Assembly: GCA_047495785.1 (NCBI GenBank)
Contig: JBLDXI010000038.1
Span: 806,001 to 870,000 of the forward strand
From: Lepidodermella squamata
Taxonomy: Eukaryota; Animalia; Gastrotricha
Direction of reading: 5' to 3'
Length of the DNA: 64,000 bases
Shown here piece after piece: positions 23,045-37,315 of the stretch (positions are counted from its first letter, which is position 1; every line of letters starts with the position of its first letter). The position numbers and the translations under genes were made by a program. A model generated the notes under the pieces. The model saw only the letters and a list, made by a program, of their open reading frames with translations. It searched no databases and was not told where the DNA came from.

Positions 23045-26000
23045 TCATCTTAAAAAAGGCTGGGTCTGCTTTGCTTCAGCGTAAATTTGCGACTTGACAG
23101 CTTCTGCGTCGAGTTCTCGGAATGCGATCCGTTCGGCTGCGAAATCAGCCGCCATTTGACCTTGCATTCCACGAAGTTCTGCCTCAAGCTTAGATCGCAA
23201 TTCTCGCTTCATTTTCGACAAATAACGAGCCTGTCAATACAATGAAGAGTTAATATGTCCACAAATTCATATAGATTTCGATGGAGATTTCTAGTCTCCA
23301 TTTAAATCGAGGTATCACTATCGAGGCTCAACATGTCTCAGTTTCGCCGTCCTGATCAATTTTCGGCCTCAGTCAGGGGATTTGATTTCAACAAGCTAAA
23401 TATCTCAATTAGACGACGTTTTCACTTAGACCATCACTTCGTGAACAGCTGTCGCCATATAAAATGGACATGTTTTGTTAATAAGGAAGATTGCCTTATT
23501 AATATTCGGAAAATATTTATCTAATTTAGGTACCAACTGATGTGACGGTGTTACTTGCGGCAACACCTTCGTCCAAAATACTAAATAATAATCAAAATTG
23601 AAGTGTAGGTATATTTATATTGCAAATAATTGTGAATTAAATGTATCCCGCAACGATTGGCGAAGAACTGAGAGCAACCCTCAGAAATCTAGAATCATAC
23701 CCTAAAAATGGGTTCACTCACTTCGACTACATACTGGCTGAGGAAACCAAGTTTTGGTTTCTGCTGTGGCGTCGAAACGTCAAATACGTCACAGGGTCAA
23801 TGAAAAGCTCACAGGTAAACGAATAAAAGTAATTTCTACTCTCAGCTCATAAAGACGAATCCAAGGATACAATACTCAAAGACTTCATGATGTGGCCGGC
23901 TTGGCGCCAAAATTAAGCCGAAAACAAGGTCAAGTTTATGGGATTAGCCGAAGCCGATAGCACATTAGCGCCTCTATGACCTGGCGCATGCCGTTAATTT
24001 GTTTCTTCTCGGAAATTTGAGTAACCTCAACACATATAATGCGACCCAAAATTAAGACAGGCTACTATTAGGACTACTACTAGGATTGTTACTATTAGGA
24101 CGGATATAGAAGCAAGAGAAATAAAATGAAACAAGAGGCGGTGATCGATAGTGACGAGCCATAAGTCAAGTGATATAAATAGGTTAAAATATTGACTAAC
24201 CGGTCTAGGTATGAAAGGCATGAAAATAGATATGGACGGCAAAAACAAATGGAGATAAATTAACTTCCCGATAGTGACAGAGTGCTCTTACGTAGTGACA
24301 ACAACATTTCGGGCCTAAATATTTGCTTCATACCTGCTCCTTTTCGCGCATTTCGACCGAGTACCGCTCGTTTGCGACTTGTTCATTTAGCATTTTCAGC
24401 CGTTCTTGGAAACTTGTTCTCAACTGAGACGCGCGCTTTGCCTCGGCAGCGTCACGTTTTGCTGCCAACTCGCGAGTTGCTGAAGCCAAGTCCAACAGAC
24501 GGTCCCTCTGAGCCTTGATTGCTTCTCGAAACAAATTACGGAAAAGCTGAATGATCAAGAAACATATGTTTATAGCAATTTTGTAAATATAAATCCCCAC
24601 CATTTCCTCGCCGAACTGTTTGTTAGCCATTCGAGCCCTAGCTTGATCGACAAATTCAGAATAATACCGCTCAGAACGGATTCTTTGAATCTTCGACTCC
24701 TCGACACGATTTTTCGAAGTAACAAATTCTACGCGCCGTTCGTTTTCTTCGCGCAATCTCTTGGCCTGGTTCATCTCTCTTTTCACGATATTGAGTAAAA
24801 TCTGCTGCTGACGCTCTGCCAGAGCTAGGGCCGCTTCCCGCGAGTGACGCCTGGTAGCAGCTTGGGCACTATCAGCAACACGACCGAGCGCTTGCACGTG
24901 GCGCGAATATTCAGCCCATAGCCTACGAGACGTGGCGTCATCCATTTCTAAACCAGGAAAATGAACTTGAAGTCTCGCGAGTAAATCACGACGCGTCGAC
25001 GCTGATGGGCTTGCAGTTGATTTTTCGGGTGTTGAACGAGACTTGCGGTATTTTTCACATAACCTCTTGACTGCAAGACGTTTCCGGTCTTCGGCGTGCG
25101 TTTTAGACAGAAAACCAACATTAGTAAACGAGGGTGCTGATGACTTTTTCTTTCGTGAATTCATCACACGGTTGTTTAAGAAGCCCCCACTTGTATTTAA
25201 TAGCGATGATGACGCTACAGAGGCATCCTATGACACACGAAAATGACCAAACATGAGTAGTGAGTTTCAATTGAGAGATAGGGCAACTCACTAGTGAAAT
25301 CGGGTTGCGTCGACCAATCAAGGCATCTCTAGCATCTTCGGCCTCAATTTTGGCGTTTAGTTCAGCACGCATGTATTTGGACTTGACAACGTTGAGGCGC
25401 CGAGATAATTCCGCCTTCTCAGTGGCCAGCTCCTAGTGTAAATGAAAATACATTTTTTGTTAGCTGAATTATGCCGAATTTTCTGACAAACTGTTTTAAG
25501 CTCGGCAAACGTCGCCTTGTAATTGCTGGCGTCTAAAACAGTTCCGTGATGCGTGCTCTCCTCGCGACGCGGTACTTCGTTAAATCTAATGGTTCGCCTC
25601 GACTGATCAGGTCTGAAAGATGTAATCAAATGTTCGTCAATCAAAGAGTATAATTTAATAGATACCTCTGATTAGAAGAATCATATTGCAATTTTGCTAC
25701 TTTTCGATGCCGATCAAATGACGACTGAGTCGATTGAATGCGAGATACCAGTGGGAGTCTCTCTCGCAAAGGGCTCCTCTCCTTCCAAGAGCTGCTAGTA
25801 TCTACGTTCAGCAAACTCTCCAAATCACCATCTGCGTTCTGGCGTTCTAATATGATATTTGTAAGTTTCATTGTATAATACTAGCATTGCGATAATTCAG
25901 ATTACCCTCCACTCGATCAATTGAGGAAGATGAAGCGTCATAAACTTGCAGAACTTTCTCTCGACCCACAACAGAGAAAATATTCGGAAAACGCGATCGC

Positions 26001-27173
26001 AGTTCTGATTTGAAATTAGCGTGACACAAATAGATCATAAATAGTTATTCGCGTGTTTCTTACCGTCTGCTTTTTCGCTAGAATCAGAACTTTCATCTTG
26101 ACGATAGCGAGGAGGACTGCCGACGTTTTCTGCACTAAAAGGTTCCGTTTTTTCCGACTCGCTTTCTGTAACTATAGCATCCATCAGCTGCTCCATCAAT
26201 CCGGAAAATATTTCGACTAGATTGTATACAGCGATTGGATCGCTGTTAACTAATAAGCGAGGTGATATGTGGTCAAGCGACACGCCAACTATATCTGCTA
26301 GTTTGTTCAATATCAGCTTGCAATTATTTTCTTTTTCTTCTTTCAAAAATGCAGGCCTTCTCACTCCTGAAAAAATTAAGCATAGGTATGTGTCATGGTC
26401 AAATAAGCAATTTAGTTTGATTCCTAACTCATCAAGTTTTCAAGTTAATCGAACAATAAAATTTAGCAGAGCATTATCATTATACGCAGAGGCTAAGATT
26501 TTGAGCTGCTAACTCGGTTGATAGCGACAAACTCTGTGAGAAATGCTGTTTTGGATATTTTTCCCAGTCGTTCAATTTGCAGAAAGTAATTTTTTTCTGG
26601 TGAAGACATTTTCACTTAAGATGCGAATAACAGAACGGACACTCATGACCATCTTGGCCTTCTTCAGGGTTGGTTTCTCACCATTTAAAGTGAACTGCGC
26701 AACATTTTGCCATTCGAATGGATTATTGGTATGGAACCAGCTGTGACAGCAGATCAAACTAGGTTTTAGACGAATTCAGTAGTAATAAATGGAGAAGAAA
26801 CTTTCAGTTGCTTTCTTTTCCACCAAATTTATATCTGACACGGGCATTTATGTGATCGCGTAAGAGCAAAATAGCAAAAAACTAGTTGCATGGGGAATCC
26901 ACCTAAATTGCTCATCAGACTATGACTACTTATGTTAAAGGTAGATAGTGTCATTAGCTTTCTTACCATTAAGCTGTTCGCCGATTAGCGATTCAAAAAT
27001 GTCCAAAAATACGTGAGGCGTAATATCCTCAAAGCATTGCACTCCAAGGTCCAGATTCAGCTGATCCAAGATGCATTTAACGATCTGCACAGCATTTTTC
27101 GCTTTACATATAACAACCAGATAAAATTTCACATTTCAAAATTGAAGTTACCGTAGTTCTCGGGAGATGCCAT
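23045..27173 (-). CDS. CEP95: Centrosomal protein of 95 kDa (CCDC45)
   Basis: N-terminal domain (FLDIFESLIGE...VGVSLDHISPRLLVNSDPIAVYNLVEIFSGLME), central coiled coil (RIRSERYYSEF...ARMAN...EE) and last exon 23232-23045 (LSKMKRELRSKLEAEL...FRELDAE), all matching CEP95 as recalled. About 10 exons. Confidence 0.85.
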
Positions 27174-28593
27174 GACGAGATGATTCCGATTTTCAAAGTA
27201 AAAGTCAGTTCTAGAATTGTTGGGAGATTTAGAAAAACTCTTGAATAAACCAAATCATTGAGATGAATTGAGGTTGTTTAGGTAATTAATGAACAACATA
27301 CCACATCTACCTTAGTGCTAAATAGGCGAGTAGTATACAAACATTAGATTAAATGAAGAGATATTTAGCAAGTTTCTAACCTGACCAATTGCCCGAACAA
27401 TGCTCACACCTCTTTCTCTACCATCTTCGGTGATTCATTAAATTAAGGACCAGATGGAAACGGCCCAAGAAGAGTGCCTTACGGCTATGATTATGACAGG
27501 TTTGGTGAGGGTGAGCTGGCAACCCAAACTCTTTCCTCCCACTCTAATGAAGATTCGACACCATTGGATGTGGTGCCAAACCCCGCTCGAGTTTATCTAA
27601 GCCTTTTTGCAGATGACCGTCAATCGACATATGTGTTTCCCCACCTCTCGAGCGAGAAAAACATTGAGAGTCATGGCGGCCCACATGTGCATCCTTAAGC
27701 GGCCTCTGCGGATACAACCGTGTCATCTGCTCAGGTCAACGACAGCGCCACTACTTCATCAGCTAACCGAGCAAAAAGGGCAATTGAATTTCCCGCTTCA
27801 CTGCTAGACAACCTTGCCGTATATTTTTAAAATTGCAATTTGAAATTTTGACAGGCAACAAAAACCGGCTAGGTATAATCAGAAGTAAAATTAAAGATTC
27901 AAGATTCTGGAAAAAACAAAATCTTTGCGAATATCGCGAAGTCGACCTTGAAGTGATAGTTCTAAACCCGTTCAGTTGGTTCAGTTGGGTAAATCCACAT
28001 CAGTTGCTTGCGCGGATTTGCAACGACTTGAAAGTTGTTTGCAACGACAGTTTGAGCCGTTCCGACGTCCGGGCTAGGAGCAGGAGAAATCATTACTCGC
28101 GGCGAAGTCAGAGACTGAGCCCGTAAGCCCTAAGCCCTAAGGTTATTTGAGAACCTAACCCTGGAAGGCAATTTCAGGACTATCTTTTTCTCTGTCTTGC
28201 CATTCATTTGAAGAGATGAAACTTGGGACTTGAGAATAATCATCTTCGTTTAAGCACAAAGGTTGACATGAAAAAGCATGTTGGTCCTAAAATCCTCTTC
28301 GCTATCAGTCTCAGTTGGCAATCGCCTGGCCTCAGGTCTTTGAAATTCTTATGAGTTAATGATCAGAAAATACAACCCTGATTTTTCTGAATGGCGAACG
28401 GATATTTATCTTGAATACTTGCTCGCATTTGAGCTCGCATTTTCAAAATCCTGATTTGTTATCATTGCCTAGTGCTTATGCGTAAAGCAAACCGTTTTCT
28501 TTAATCTCCTATTGGGCGTTGCTTGCTGTGTGTGTTGTTTTTTACTGAATAAGTATAGCCGTTTCCCATTTTAGGTACTATTGAACTCATAAT

Positions 28594-28800
28594 ATGTATT
28601 ACGGCGGCGCCCGCTCTTATCTTGTCCCGATAGGACTGTTCACAATGGTTGCCGGTGCTATGTATATGATCGCTGTATATCCAATGCAAAACCAACAGAA
28701 GTGGGCTGAATTGCGGAAGGAAACCGATGAACTATATGCTGACTATTCACAGCGTTACATGCCAAAGGGTAGAGATGGAAGAGGAGGCCCTAAACATTGA
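28594..28800 (+). CDS. Small single-TM protein, SMIM20/MITRAC7-like
   Basis: 68-aa ORF with one N-terminal TM helix (LVPIGLFTMVAGAMYMIAVYP) followed by a charged helix. The G..A.Y.I...P pattern resembles SMIM20, but the C-terminus diverges. Confidence 0.5.
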   Translation: MYYGGARSYLVPIGLFTMVAGAMYMIAVYPMQNQQKWAELRKETDELYADYSQRYMPKGRDGRGGPKH

Positions 28801-28901
28801 TTAAAACCCTAGAAAATAGAACATATTTATAATAATTTTTATAAATGTTGACGTTCAATTGTTCAACTTTGGATTTTTAGTGTTAATTATCGATTCGAAT
28901 A

Positions 28902-31554
28902 ATGTCATCCCCCGAAGCCAAGTCGAAGCGCAAGCTTAAAGATTTACGTGTTAGTGATCTAAAAACTGAACTGGATAAGCGAGGTCTCGACAACACCGGC
29001 AATAAACCAGTTTTAGTCAGTCGTCTAGAAGAGGTTAATTTATACTTTGAATATAGCTATTTCCATGTTATGACTATTCATTGCCATATATTGCAGGCAA
29101 TGATCAGCGAAGGGTTGAATCCTCAAGATCACGTGTTCCGTGACGAAGAATCGGACGACAAAAATACTGACAGCTTAGGTATGTTTGATTTGACTGCATT
29201 TAATAGCATAGGCTTCACAGTGAGAGTTATCTATGAGAATCCACAATCCTATTGTCTGTCGCATGTTGCATGATTCGATTTATTGTGATTTCGAGCCTTA
29301 CCGAAACGCGGCAGCACTTTATGTTACGAAAGGCGACTAAATACCTCCAAAATATCCACGAGATTTATCGATAATCAAGATGGAGCTGTTGGTTATTATG
29401 GATCGAATGAAGCAAGATTTGACGAATTAACTGAACAACTATGCAACTCTTTTATTGTTCGAAGTTATTTTGAATCATGGATAATCTACATGCCTTATGA
29501 AATTATCAATCAAACGCGAAAGCTTTTATAAAGATTTTGTTCATCCTAATAATATGGATTGTAGTTCGAAACGCTTCTGGTGACTTGGAGCTTGTCTACG
29601 ACGAAGAAGAAGAAACGGATGTTTTGTGGAATGATAAAGGCGAACGCCAAATTAATACAAATCAAGCTGAATCGCCAACTCATCATGCTAATAACGATGG
29701 TGCAAATGGAAGCGGTGAATCAGACCAAAATGCTGTGAATGGTGGTGAAGATGGAAGTAGAGACAGTGCTAAGGAATCGGCAGCTGGCCAAACTCATCAC
29801 CATCATCATAACGATGAAAATGAAGACGAACTCAATAGGTTTGTAATCTGTCAAAGCCATTGACTTAACTATGCAAACTAGCAATCAGTTATCTGCTGCT
29901 ATTAATTCAATGGAAAATACTGAGCGAAACTTAACGTGACTGTTGTCGACCTGGAATCGTCGTCCTATGTTGTAAATGCACTTGCTGCGGCGAAGTTCTG
30001 CCGCTGTTTAATTACTTTTGACCTGGATGTGCCATATATTAATACCTATTTTATAAATTCAAGCTACTTTGCTTTTCTTTGTTTCACAGGTCTCGCGAAT
30101 ATGTCAAATCAGCGAAAATACCAAATGAAGACGACGAAGGTACTTTTCTATTGAAGTTGGTTTTCAAAATAATTAATTTGGCCTGTGATTAGAACGAGCT
30201 AAATCTCGAAATTTATGGGTGAGTAACTTGGCCGCTCATATCAAAGCAAGCGACTTGACGACCTTATTCTCACGATATGGCGCGGTAAGTTGAATATCGC
30301 AATCTCTTATGTTGATTTGCAATTACATTCGCACTTTAGACCGATGGAGCGAAGGTGATTGTGAGCAATCGTGACAAAGATTCTCCCTTCGGCTTCGTTA
30401 CCATGTTAACCGTGGAAATGGCCGATGAGTGCATCAAGCAGCTTGATGGTTATGAGTGGAATGGAAAAGTCATCAAGGTGGAGAAAATTGTTCGTGATCC
30501 AACTTCGAAAAGCCCTGTTCAAAATGGGAATACTTCTACCAACACAGCAGTTAATGAAACCGTCAAGGCTAGCACGCCCAGTGTTACCGGGTCGCACCAG
30601 CAGTCGGCTAGGAGAATCGCTGCTTCGGATAGGCGCCGCTTGGGGGCGAAAAAAGACGCCAAAACCGATGAGAAAATTGTTAGTAACGGCGAAAAACACG
30701 ATGGGGAAAGCGCGACCGTTGAAAAAGACATCGAGTACTACAAAAGCAAGGCACGACGTGACTACGACAGGATTAGCGAACTTCAAGTCACGATCGAGCG
30801 GATGAAACGCCGGCATATATTCCAGTTGCAGAAGGAAAGAGAACGCGCAACTCGTGCCGAGAATCAAGCTAAATTCACCCTGCGCCGTGAGCGAGAATTG
30901 TTGGCTACAGAGCGGGATTTGTTGGATAAACGGCGATCGGATTTAGACCGCCTTGAACGCCTTCTGAAAGACCGAGAGCGGCATTTAGAGGAACGGGAGC
31001 GAAGTAGCAATGACTACGGCAGACCGGGTGGGTCGTCCCGCCAGACCACCACGTTATCAGCTTCGACTTATGGCGGTGCATCACAACCGACTTCAAGTCG
31101 CTACTATTCAAATCCCCCGGCAGTTCCGTCCGCCGCGAAGCGACCTTACGAGGGCGGTTCGTCGTCGTGGGAGAACAGCAAGCGGGTCAACTCGCGTTCG
31201 GACTATCCGGCTGCCAACGACCGGCAGGGTGCTTCTTCCTATTCAGCCTCTTCTTCGTCATATCGAGGCGCGACTAACTCATCGGGTGCTCGTAGGGGCG
31301 GTGATTACGATGACCGCAACCCGGGTTACGGCGACGGTGGGGAGGGTAACAGCTACAACCGAGGTGCTGCGGGGTCGCGGGGCGGGCGTCGTTGGCAGGG
31401 CGGTGACCGCTCCGGCCCAGTCACTTCGTCTACTGTTGGCCATTGGCAAAAACCAGTCTCGCACCGCCCACCTCCTTTCGTCGGCTCAAATGACGTGGAC
31501 TCAGCTGGTGGCGAATCGTGGTCACGCGGGGGTGGCGGCTCAAGACGGTACTAA
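28902..31554 (+). CDS. SAFB: Scaffold attachment factor B / SLTM-family protein (SAP + RRM + Glu/Arg coiled coil + RGG)
   Basis: SAP domain LRVSDLKTELDKRGLDNTGNKPVLVSRL; RRM (NLWVSNL...FGFVTM...CIKQLDG); ER-rich coiled coil; Gly/Arg-rich tail. Multi-exon. Confidence 0.9.
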
Positions 31555-33356
31555 TAGAACGAGTAACAAAAAACGAAAAAATGACTCGGGAGATTCATTT
31601 CAAGATTGATAGTATCTTTATCTTTTTGTTTCTCTTTTTCGAAGCCGTTGTTTTTCTTCTTCTTGCTGTCTCTGCTATCAAAATCCTGAACGTGATTATG
31701 ATTTGTGTTTCTGCGGGAAAACTGCTGCCCTCTCGTGATGATGTTGATGATGGCAAACCAACAAACATTTCTGCACAATTTCTGTTATTACTATTGTAAT
31801 ATTGTATGTTATATTGATATGAAAAATTAGTTCATTGTTAAATCGGGCGCTGCAAAACGATGATTTGGCCGCGTTGCTACCGACAGCGTGTTGTTACAAC
31901 TTGTAAACAGAAGAATGAAGTAAAATCGTTATCCATTTTTAATCGTTTCATCTTTTTTCGACAAAATAATTGAAAAACTGCACAGTGAATAATGGATCAT
32001 TCAATATTACTGTTGGGCAGGGTTGCTGGACATAGTGGGGTTACTTTGACTTGCCAAAATAGGGACGTCTTGGCATCACAGAAATCGAAAGTTGCAAGGA
32101 GACGATTTCTCGAGTACAGGGTACTTTTTGATCAATTCTATTACGGGGTACATGAATATGGGATGCATTTATCGGTTAGATCACACCTGCTCGCCTAAAT
32201 TTTCTCGAAATTTCCCAATTGCCTGGTCTTGATGTACCATACACGAACGCAGGATTGCTTCAACTTAGGACTTGGATCATCAAACGCTATCCCATTCATG
32301 TGGCCGCTTTAGCTTGCAGCGTTCAATTTTCGCTTAACCATTGTCATGAAGTAATATCCTCAATATGTAAGCATAGAACGGTCAGAGTGTGTATCGGTAT
32401 CCAAGGAAAACTCTGATTAGCCGGTTCGACGAAACTTGACGAAAGACATCATATTTGCATTGTACTATAGCTGAGGTGATATGTTCCATTCATTCTGTTG
32501 GATCCGTTTTGCTCATTTTTGCTCCCATATGCTTCAAAAGAGTGAAATCAGATAGTGAAAATTAATAGGCAACAACGTTACAGCATTGTTTTTTTGAGCG
32601 GGAATGGCTTTGACCTTTATTGAGTTCGAAGACTGTAATGGCACTGAAAAAACCGGATTCCTAAGCTGGCAGCTGATTGTTGTTATTGTCTGGTGTGGTT
32701 ACAAGCAGACCTGAGCGCTCAAGGCCGAGCCATTCCCGAAGCCTCATCTTCACTTAAGAATCGAGCCGCCATTACGCACGCGGAAGTTACTGTTGCTACA
32801 CGGAGCAAGCGAAAGCCCTCGTAGTATTGACCGCGGCGGGCGCCGTATGAGAACAAAAACGCGAAAAAGGTAAACGAAACACGGCACACAAGCAATAATA
32901 TTTTCCCGCTCCGCTTGGCTTGTTTCCATCAACGCAAAACATTAAAAGTTGTGCGCACCCTGAAAAAACCGCGATTATATTGCGGATGTAACGTATGATT
33001 GAGTCGTGCCGCTCCTACTTACCGAGGTGTTTATAATGCGATAATGCCCCTAATAACAAAGATATCATTCTTAACTACGATCACCCTCATCATAATCCAT
33101 ACGTTTCGTATAAAACCCGAACATATCCATGGGTAATAATTACCAGTTCTTTTCAGAAGTGGAGCGTAAAGCAACACGATTTTTTAATAATTTGCTCATT
33201 TTTTCGTTGAATTGCCCTGCTAAAATTGCCTTGGACTAAAGTATTTCAACATCACAATTCCTCATACTATTTTCTTTGCTATAAACCGTAGCAATTTCTC
33301 AACTTTTTAGCTGGCGGCTTTATTGTGTATTTCGAGTCGATCCACCTGATACGGCG

Positions 33357-36300
33357 ATGACAGCGCCAGCTCGCTCGTCAATGCCGCTGGACTACCCTAA
33401 TTTTACGCGCTACGTTCAGGCTCAAGATAACGGTCGCTTGCTAGCGATGGCCGATGAGCGTCGCCGCTCAAAACTGCTCGCGCTCTACGGCGAAAACGGC
33501 GATGATTTAATTATGATGCCCTCAGCTCAAAGCGCGATATCAGTTGCATTTTCTCCGCGGCCATTGGAATCAACCGATTTGCTAGACGATTTACGATGTT
33601 TAATTCGAAGCGTCGAAGCACTCGAACAAGAAAACAAGCGGTTGCGTGGCAAATGCGCTTATTTAGCTACCGTCAACGATTTGCTGTCGAAGCAGCAAAA
33701 AGCTCTTGCTTCGGTCTCGGTTGCTAACAACAAAATGGCGGTGAACAATAATCACTCGCCAGCTTTATTACATGTTGATGCCTTATCAGACGGCGGCACT
33801 GGCCATTCGCCTTTTCCCGCCTCGCCGCAATCACCGCCGCCATCGGCTCCAGCCGGCGCACCTTTAGCCGTTTATACACCGTCGCCGAATTTACCACCCA
33901 AAGAAACCCAATCAAGTACACCACGTGATGAAGTTAAAAATGACATGTCTCCGAATCGACTGACATCATTTGGTGCAAAAATGAGCAAAGCCGCAAAAGG
34001 ATTTTTGTAAGTTGATATAATCTTACATTTTCATTCAACGATTTTTCATATGCCAGGTCCAAAAATCGCAAATTCGTCGCAACCCCTTCATCGTCCAAGT
34101 CAATTCGCGTCGGTCAGAGCAAGGAGGCTCCATTTTACAGCTTGGAGCCATCTTCGTCCGGATCGAACCTTGCCGATGACCCCACCCCAGTTTCGCGTTC
34201 TAAGTCGTTCATCGCTAAAACGAAACACTTCCCGTCACCTCTTCTCCGAAAAAATGACAGCGAGGAGATACCGGAATCACCACGAAATTATAGGAAGGTC
34301 TCGGTGTCCAAAGGGTCTTTGTCTAAATCAGAGGTATAAATTCACTTACGAATAATTGAGGAAATTATTTTTTTAATCTCCAAGGATGAGTTGGATGCTG
34401 GCTGTGGAAGCCCGGAGCCGCACTTTCCTATGAAACCTTCTCCAGCCAACAGTGTTACTCAGGAAACATCGATGACTACCTCTGTCCTCTCTAACGAATC
34501 TCTGGGACCGGTATTTTCACCTCGCGTCGATAAAAAACCTAGAACGGCTGTCCCTAAACACCCATTAATAAATGACGATTTTGGGAAAGACGCGCTTTTA
34601 CCAGCTAATCGTGGTCGAGCCTGGACGTGGGACGTGACGATCCGCTCGGCAACCAAACCTTGGAATCGGTTGAAGCAAATGTTACGGAGAGCTTCATCAC
34701 CTCACACTAGCGGAACCGGCGGGATGTTGAACGACACCGTTTCACAGCCAACGTCTCGGTTATCAAACAATTTAAGCCCGAATTATCACCAAAGAGTAAC
34801 TCCAACTAACATCGCCGCACGCAGCTTGAATACGGCGACTCAACAGACACAAACCAGCCCGAGATTGGGCGAATCGCCACGACCCAGGTTGCAAAGCACT
34901 GGGGAATCTAGCCCTTTGACTGGAACAAAGAAGTCCGCGCTTCGGTTACCGATTGTTCCACAGCCTGAAAACAGTAATTTAGCGAAAACTTTACACTTGC
35001 TAGCAATGACTGGAAGTGGCGAGGTTTCTGAACAGCAAGAGACGCAGCGTAAGCAAATCGCCAAGGCATTAGCCAGCCTAAAATTCGAAGAAGAAGATGA
35101 AGCTGGAATGGAAGCGATAAATGTGCCGCAAATGTTTGCCAAACATCTCGAGCAACCTGTCAGTAACTTCATCACAACGCTTTGGAATAGTCTTCGAACG
35201 ACGATAGTTGAAAATCGCAACGTGAAACGCGCCTATTTGACTGATCGATTGAAATTGCTGGAGTGGGCTAATGCTCATTGTAATCGCTTGTTGAATGATA
35301 ACGTCGGTGTCAAGAAGAGATATAGTTACCGTGGTCTAAAGCTGTCGACATCCGGTGATAGTCTCGACAGCCGAGCGAGGTACAACGACTCAACGGGGCT
35401 TTGCTATGGCAAAAGTGGCGGAAATCTATTACAAGATAACCACCAAGGATTCAAACCACAAAGACTGAGTCGGCGGTGGTTCTCGATCGGAGCTGCTGTA
35501 AGTTCAAAATTAGTGAAAGGTTTCTAAAAGTATTATCGCGAGGATTGGAGCTATATAATTTAGGGCCAAGTCCATGTAGATTTTTGGGAGACTGAACTTT
35601 TCTGCTTCTATTAGGATCGACTATCAACGAGTCAGCGGGATGTTAGCTGTCGCTTGGCTGCCAGTCTTTGTGCTCTATTTTCTTCACTCGAACCTCTTAG
35701 CGACATAGCTGTTGCTGAGAGAATAAACCGCTTCGATGCAATGAGCAAAATGGTGAAAGAAGTTGAGGCTACCTTAATTGCCGAACCTCCCGTCTCTCAC
35801 CAGCCATTTGGGAAACCTCCCATCTCACCCCCGCTTTTGAGTCGCCTTCCTAGAACCGAAGAGACCGTGGTTAGCCCGCCAGCTGTGACCTCGAACTGCT
35901 ACTCAGGTGAAAATTCTGCGACCCATACGCCCACGTCAATTAGGACACCTCGAGCTCTTCGCTCTTTACAGCAAACTCGATCGTTATCACGCGAAGGTGA
36001 GGCGGAACTGTTGCCGAAACTGCCACTCGAGTCTGTCAATTCACAGCCAATGGTAACTCAAAACTCGGAGATGACGTCGTCAGGCGTTTTCTCGCCAACA
36101 TCACTCGCAAATCGAAGGCATCCCTCAATAGCCCTCATGTCAGCGGATGAACTGATAAAATCGGTCGCGAGGTCAAGGTCGGCAAGCTTAGCCAGTACTA
36201 CGCAGAGAACGGCTAGTATTTCTCTGAGTACCACGTCGCCATTTACTGTGGATGAGGGTAGTAATGTCTCGTTATTAGATAAAAGACGGTCGATAGCTGA

Positions 36301-37315
36301 AATGCCAACAGATAGAGGCCGACATCCGAGTCTGGCCGCCTTGGCCATAGCCATGGATTTTGTTCATGCAGCCCGGCAAAGAGCGGCAAGCACCGGATCG
36401 CAAACCAACCGATTTCGATTCAAAACGGTGAAAGAGCCTAACCTACCCTCAGTTAACATGTCACCTTCCACCTCGGAACATTGTGAGGAGGTTTCTTCGG
36501 CCTCGCCGGTTCAACTAGACCCGATTGAAGACGGCAATATCTCACCCACCCCGCCCTTGATGTCGCCATCACCTAAATCGATAGCAAGCATTCGAACCCT
36601 AGACTCGAATGGCGGGTTGATTGAAACCACGCCCAAGGCAATGCAACTGCCTTCTGTTCAAAGAATAGCGCCTATCATTACTGTGTCACCTGAGCACCAT
36701 TTCTCACCATCTCACGCCTCGAGAGGGCGGATTAAGTCGTTAGTGGAGTTATCGACAATCACCCCGATAGGGAAAATTTTCGGGTCATTCAAGCCTACCT
36801 TCAACCACACGATGTATTCTTCGACTAGATCGGCGCCGGATGGTTCGCCTAGCCCAGCGCCTGGGTCATCAGTATCCCCGTCCGTCTCCAGTAGTAGCAC
36901 TGCGAACAGTAAAAGCACTGTAGTAGCTCACTTGGCACCGCCGCCTATTATCAGCACTGATATTCAGCCTGCTGAGACTGACTCGCCCTCGCCAGACGCC
37001 AGCCAGTCTCCTGACAGCAATAACATGGCAGGGTCAGATCTTGCGCTGAAACTGGAAACTCATCGATATAAAAAGAATACAAAGCCAAACTGGTTCTCTA
37101 AGCTATTTAAAAAATCGCCTGGTCCTCTCAAGCGCTTCTCTTCATGTCAGGTCGGACCTGCTGCCGCGGTTGATGAAACGGTAATGGGGGAAGTGCCGCC
37201 GCTTGCTCACAAAACCCCACCTTACTCACTTGGCTCGACCTCGCCGAAAACTGCGCCGAAACCGAGTGCGATGAGCAAATTCTTGAAACGCGACTCAAAA
37301 CCACATAAACACTGA
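33357..37315 (+). CDS. Large (~1250 aa) Ser/Pro/Thr-rich, mostly disordered protein with N-terminal coiled coil; family not recognised
   Basis: Four long ORFs joined in frame by GT-AG introns (exons approximately 33357-34007, 34057-34333, 34385-35497, 35614-37315). Coiled coil LIRSVEALEQENKRLRGKCAYL. Confidence 0.75.

Noticed and set aside
27474-27830. ORF with LFADD resembling the reverse-transcriptase catalytic motif
   Set aside because: No other RT motifs nearby and an in-frame stop. It may be a decayed exon but cannot be assigned.
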